The notes beneath the pieces were generated by a model. The model was given only the letters and a program-made list of their open reading frames with translations, was not told where the DNA came from and ran no database searches. A program made the position numbers and the translations under genes. Of a stretch of DNA of 64,000 nt, positions 61,033 through 64,000 are shown in pieces (position 1 is the stretch's first letter; each line of letters starts with the position of its first letter). The DNA is from a bacterium (lineage in GTDB: Bacteria; Chloroflexota; Dormibacteria; Aeolococcales; Bog-877), in NCBI GenBank assembly GCA_021801645.1, contig JAJYXT010000078.1, positions 4,103-68,102 on the forward strand, in the 5' to 3' direction.

Positions 61033-62286
61033 TCAGGCCGAGGCCGCCTCCTCCTCGACCACCAGCTCTGGGTCGGTGGCCTCCAGGATGGAGCTTTCGG
61101 TGATGATGCAGCGCTTCACCTCGGGACGGGAGGGCACCTCGAACATGCTGCTGAGGAGGGCAGCTTCCAGGATGCTCTTGAGCCCGCGGGCCCCGGTCCC
61201 CAGCGAAAGCGCCTTGTGGGCGATGGCCCGCAGTGCCGCCTCCTCGAAGACCAGCTCGACATCGTCCAGGGCGAAGAACTTCTCGTACTGCTTGACGAAG
61301 GCGTTCTTGGGCTCGGTGAGGATGTGGAGGATGTCCTCCTCGTCCAGGCTCTCCAGCGAGACCACGACCGGGAGCCTCCCGACGAACTCAGGGATGAGGC
61401 CGTAGCGAAGCAGGTCCTGGGCCTGGAGCTGGTGCAGAATCTGGGTGCTTTCCTTGGTCCTCGGCCCTCCGGGCTCGCTGGAGAACCCGATGGTCCGGTG
61501 TCCCACACGCTGCTCGATGATCCGCTCCAGCCCCTCGAACGCCCCCCCGCAGATGAAGAGGATGTTGGCGGTGTTGATCTGGATGAAGTCCTGGTGGGGG
61601 TGCTTCCGACCTCCCTGGGGCGGCACGTTGGCCACCGTCCCCTCAAGGATCTTCAGAAGCGCCTGCTGGACGCCCTCCCCGGAGACATCCCGGGTGATCG
61701 AGGGGTTGTCCGACTTGCGGGAGATCTTGTCGATCTCGTCGATGTAGATGATCCCCCTCTCCGCCCGCGCCACATCGAAGTCGGCGGCCTGAATCAGGCG
61801 CAGCAGGATGTTCTCGACGTCCTCGCCGACGTACCCGGCCTCGGTGAGGGAGGTGGCGTCGGCGATGGAGAAGGGCACGTCCAGCACCTTGGCCAGGGTC
61901 TGGGCGAGGAGGGTCTTGCCGCACCCGGTGGGACCGACCAGGAGCACGTTGGACTTCTGCAGCTCGACGTCGCCCACCTCGCGCGCGTGGTTGACTCTCT
62001 TGTAGTGGTTGTAGACGGCCACCGAGAGCACCCGCTTCGCCTGATCCTGGCCCACCACGTACTGGTTTAGGGAGTCCCAGATCGCCTGGGGGCTGGGCAC
62101 CACGTTGGTGCGGGGGCGATGGGCCGCCGCGCCCTTGCTCTCCTCCTCCAGCACCTCCTGGCAGAGCTCAATGCACTGGTCGCAGATGTAGACCCCGGGG
62201 CCGGCGATCAGCTTGCGGACCTGATCCTGACCCTTGTTGCAGAACGAGCAGCGGGTGTGGCGCCGCCGGTCGTCCCGCTCGTTCAT
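61033..62286 (-). CDS. clpX: ATP-dependent Clp protease ATP-binding subunit ClpX
   Basis: In ORF 61033..62583. ATG 62286 ([42 protein letters not shown]). Walker [18 protein letters not shown]. Confidence 0.95.
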   Translation of the reverse strand: MNERDDRRRHTRCSFCNKGQDQVRKLIAGPGVYICDQCIELCQEVLEEESKGAAAHRPRTNVVPSPQAIWDSLNQYVVGQDQAKRVLSVAVYNHYKRVNHAREVGDVELQKSNVLLVGPTGCGKTLLAQTLAKVLDVPFSIADATSLTEAGYVGEDVENILLRLIQAADFDVARAERGIIYIDEIDKISRKSDNPSITRDVSGEGVQQALLKILEGTVANVPPQGGRKHPHQDFIQINTANILFICGGAFEGLERIIEQRVGHRTIGFSSEPGGPRTKESTQILHQLQAQDLLRYGLIPEFVGRLPVVVSLESLDEEDILHILTEPKNAFVKQYEKFFALDDVELVFEEAALRAIAHKALSLGTGARGLKSILEAALLSSMFEVPSRPEVKRCIITESSILEATDPELVVEEEAASA

Positions 62287-62495
62287 GCCGCGCTCCCGCC
62301 GTCCCCGGGCCCGCCGAGCCCGGCGGCGAGGCGGGCCACGCAGCTGGGGCAGATCGCCGCCTGGTCGCTGCCACCGCCCGCGACCAGCGCCACCGCGGTC
62401 GCCGGCCGCCCGCAGAAGCCACACCTCGCCCCCCTCCCCCGCACCAGCTTGAGCAGTGCGCCCTGCCCCTCGCCCGTGCGCCGAGACCTTGGCAT
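62283..62495 (-). CDS. Stand-alone ClpX-type C4 zinc-ribbon (ZBD-like) mini-protein, 70 aa
   Basis: ORF 62283..62495. The ATG is 11 nt after the clpP stop, and the stop overlaps the clpX ATG (ATGA). [33 protein letters not shown] compares with Clp[34 protein letters not shown]3 is very high. Confidence 0.5.
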   Translation of the reverse strand: MPRSRRTGEGQGALLKLVRGRGARCGFCGRPATAVALVAGGGSDQAAICPSCVARLAAGLGGPGDGGSAA

Positions 62496-62506
62496 CTCCT
62501 TCGCCC

Positions 62507-63175
62507 TCAGCTCCCGGCCGGGGCGGGTGCCGCCGCCTCTTCGCTCGCCTCAGCGGGCGCCTTGCCGTTGGCGGGCGCTGCACTGTCGGCGCCGCGCTGG
62601 GGGCTCAGGATGTGGTCGATGAGCCCGTACTCCAGCGCTTCCTGGGGGGACATGTAGAAGTCACGGTCCGAATCCCTGGTTATCTGCTCCACCGGCTTGC
62701 CGGTGTGGTAGGCCAGGATCTGGTCGATGGTCCGGCGGAGCCGGAGGATCTCCTGCGCCTGGATCTGAATGTCGGCGGCCTGCCCCTGGAAGCCGCCACT
62801 GGGCTGGTGCATCATGATCCGGGTGTTGGGGAGGCTGAAACGCTGGCCCTTGGCCCCACCCGCCAGAAGGATGCACCCGAAAGAGGCCGCCAGCCCCATG
62901 CAGAAGGTGCTCACCTTGGGCTTGATGTACTGCATGGTGTCGTAGATTGCCAGGCCCGCGGAGACGGAGCCGCCGGGGCTGTTGATGTAGACGTTGATGT
63001 CGCGCTCCGGATCCTCGCTCTCCAGATAGAGCATCTGGGCCATCACCAGGTTGGCGATCTGGTCATCGATGGCGGTGCCGATGAAGATGATCCGGTCCTG
63101 CAGCAGCCTCGAGTAGATGTCGAAGGCGCGCTCGCCCCGGCTGGTGGTCTGAACGACCATCGGAATGAGGGCCAT
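62507..63175 (-). CDS. clpP: ATP-dependent Clp protease proteolytic subunit
   Basis: ORF 62507..63175. [49 protein letters not shown]. Confidence 0.95.
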   Translation of the reverse strand: MALIPMVVQTTSRGERAFDIYSRLLQDRIIFIGTAIDDQIANLVMAQMLYLESEDPERDINVYINSPGGSVSAGLAIYDTMQYIKPKVSTFCMGLAASFGCILLAGGAKGQRFSLPNTRIMMHQPSGGFQGQAADIQIQAQEILRLRRTIDQILAYHTGKPVEQITRDSDRDFYMSPQEALEYGLIDHILSPQRGADSAAPANGKAPAEASEEAAAPAPAGS

Positions 63176-63245
63176 GCCTTCCTCCTGGGTAGCGGGTCAC
63201 TCGGGGCCATCCCCGTCCCCGCCGAGTATACCCAGCCTCTGCGAA

Positions 63246-64000
63246 TCAACCCCCTTCGGGCGGCTTGTCCTCCTCACCTCTGGCCAGCCGCAAGACCAGG
63301 TCCCTGGCCCTCCCGCGCAGCAGTTCGCGGCGCAGGGGGTCGCGCAGCCGGCGCCGCTCGTCCCGCGAGGCGTTGCGGGGCAGGACCGACGCCACCGCCT
63401 GATCCAGCTCCTCCTCGGTCAGCGAGATGCCCTCCAGAGAGGCCACCTCGGCCAGCGCCAGGTCAAGTCGCACCCGCTCCACTGCCGCCTGCCGGCGCTC
63501 CCCGCGAAGCTGCTCCAGGGTCTTGCCCTGGGCGGAGGCCAGCGCCTCGAGCGACAGCCCCGAATCCCGCAAGCTCCTGTCCATCTCACCGAGCTGCCGG
63601 TCGATCTCCGCCTGGATCATCACCTCGGGGACGTCCACGCGGGTTACCGCCAGCAGCTCCTCCAGCGCCCTCTGGTCCTGGTCGCGCTCCGCCTCCATGG
63701 CCAATTGGGCGGCCATCTGCTCGCGCACGTACTGGCGTAGCTCCTCCAGGGTCTCTCCCCGGCCCACGATCGAAGCCAGGTTGTCATCCAGGGGCGGCAG
63801 CTCCTTGGCCTGGATGCGGGTGACCGCCGCTGTGATGGTCACCAGCTCTCCCTGCAGCTCGGGACGGGTGTAGTCGTCCGGAAGGGTGAGGGTGATCTCC
63901 ACCGGGTCACCGCCCACCTCCGCTCCCAGCAGCTGCTCCCGCATGCCGGGGAGCAGATCACCGCGCTCCAGATCCAGGAGCTGCACCTGATCCGGCGTCC
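63246..64000 (-). CDS. tig: Trigger factor, C-terminal part (5' end outside the window)
   Basis: The frame of ORF 63246..63986 stays open to the window edge. PPIase/C-terminal domain-like sequence. Canonical tig-clpP-clpX order. Confidence 0.85.
   Translation of the reverse strand, partial: TPDQVQLLDLERGDLLPGMREQLLGAEVGGDPVEITLTLPDDYTRPELQGELVTITAAVTRIQAKELPPLDDNLASIVGRGETLEELRQYVREQMAAQLAMEAERDQDQRALEELLAVTRVDVPEVMIQAEIDRQLGEMDRSLRDSGLSLEALASAQGKTLEQLRGERRQAAVERVRLDLALAEVASLEGISLTEEELDQAVASVLPRNASRDERRRLRDPLRRELLRGRARDLVLRLARGEEDKPPEGG

Noticed and set aside
59677-62070. 797-aa plus-strand ORF spanning metE and clpX
   Set aside because: It is antisense to two unmistakable housekeeping genes and crosses their intergenic region. 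The sequence is low-complexity and Gly/Pro/Arg/Asp-rich.
1-64000. CRISPR arrays, rRNA genes, IS elements, long tandem or interspersed repeats
   Set aside because: Scanning by eye found no regularly spaced direct repeats, no transposase-like ORFs and no rRNA-like AT-balanced conserved blocks. An eye scan cannot exclude short or diverged repeats.

Overview
This 64-kb chromosomal segment is very GC-rich: third codon positions are almost always G/C, so long spurious antisense ORFs occur throughout. The gene content suggests an actinobacterium-like Terrabacteria lineage (bS22 mini-protein, MarP-like CvpA-protease, MurT/GatD, LCP, F420-type LLM/PPOX enzymes, apparent leaderless starts). No taxon can be assigned from sequence alone. 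I can support about 63 CDS, 2 tRNA-Ala genes, 3 decayed or remnant loci and a few regulatory sites. I saw no rRNA, CRISPR array, transposase, integrase or phage genes. The backbone is housekeeping: tig-clpP-clpX, metE, valS, maf, rplU-rpmA-obg-nadD-rsfS, PBP1A, cysE-cysK, ppk1, rpiA, holA, rpsT, ispE, murT-gatD, fabI, plus two two-component systems and MarR and Fur regulators. Six loci stand out. (1) A tightly coupled operon (6304..10996, minus) places a Rieske/cytochrome b module between two CydB-less CydA-like (bd-like) membrane proteins, with no c-type cytochrome. (2) A NuoF-like / ferredoxin / ferric-reductase-type membrane protein / ApbE cluster (29094..33035, minus) has its ApbE membrane anchor separated from the catalytic domain by a single in-frame TGA. 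(3) A 70-codon stand-alone ClpX-type zinc-ribbon ORF sits between clpP and clpX. (4) Four translationally coupled polytopic membrane genes (51660..55913) include degenerate NuoN/MrpD-like proteins. (5) Two 5'-truncated clpP-like fragments are joined head to head (5275..5897). (6) An unlisted bS22 mini-ORF lies at 41640..41735. All functional calls rest on motifs read by eye; no database search was run.
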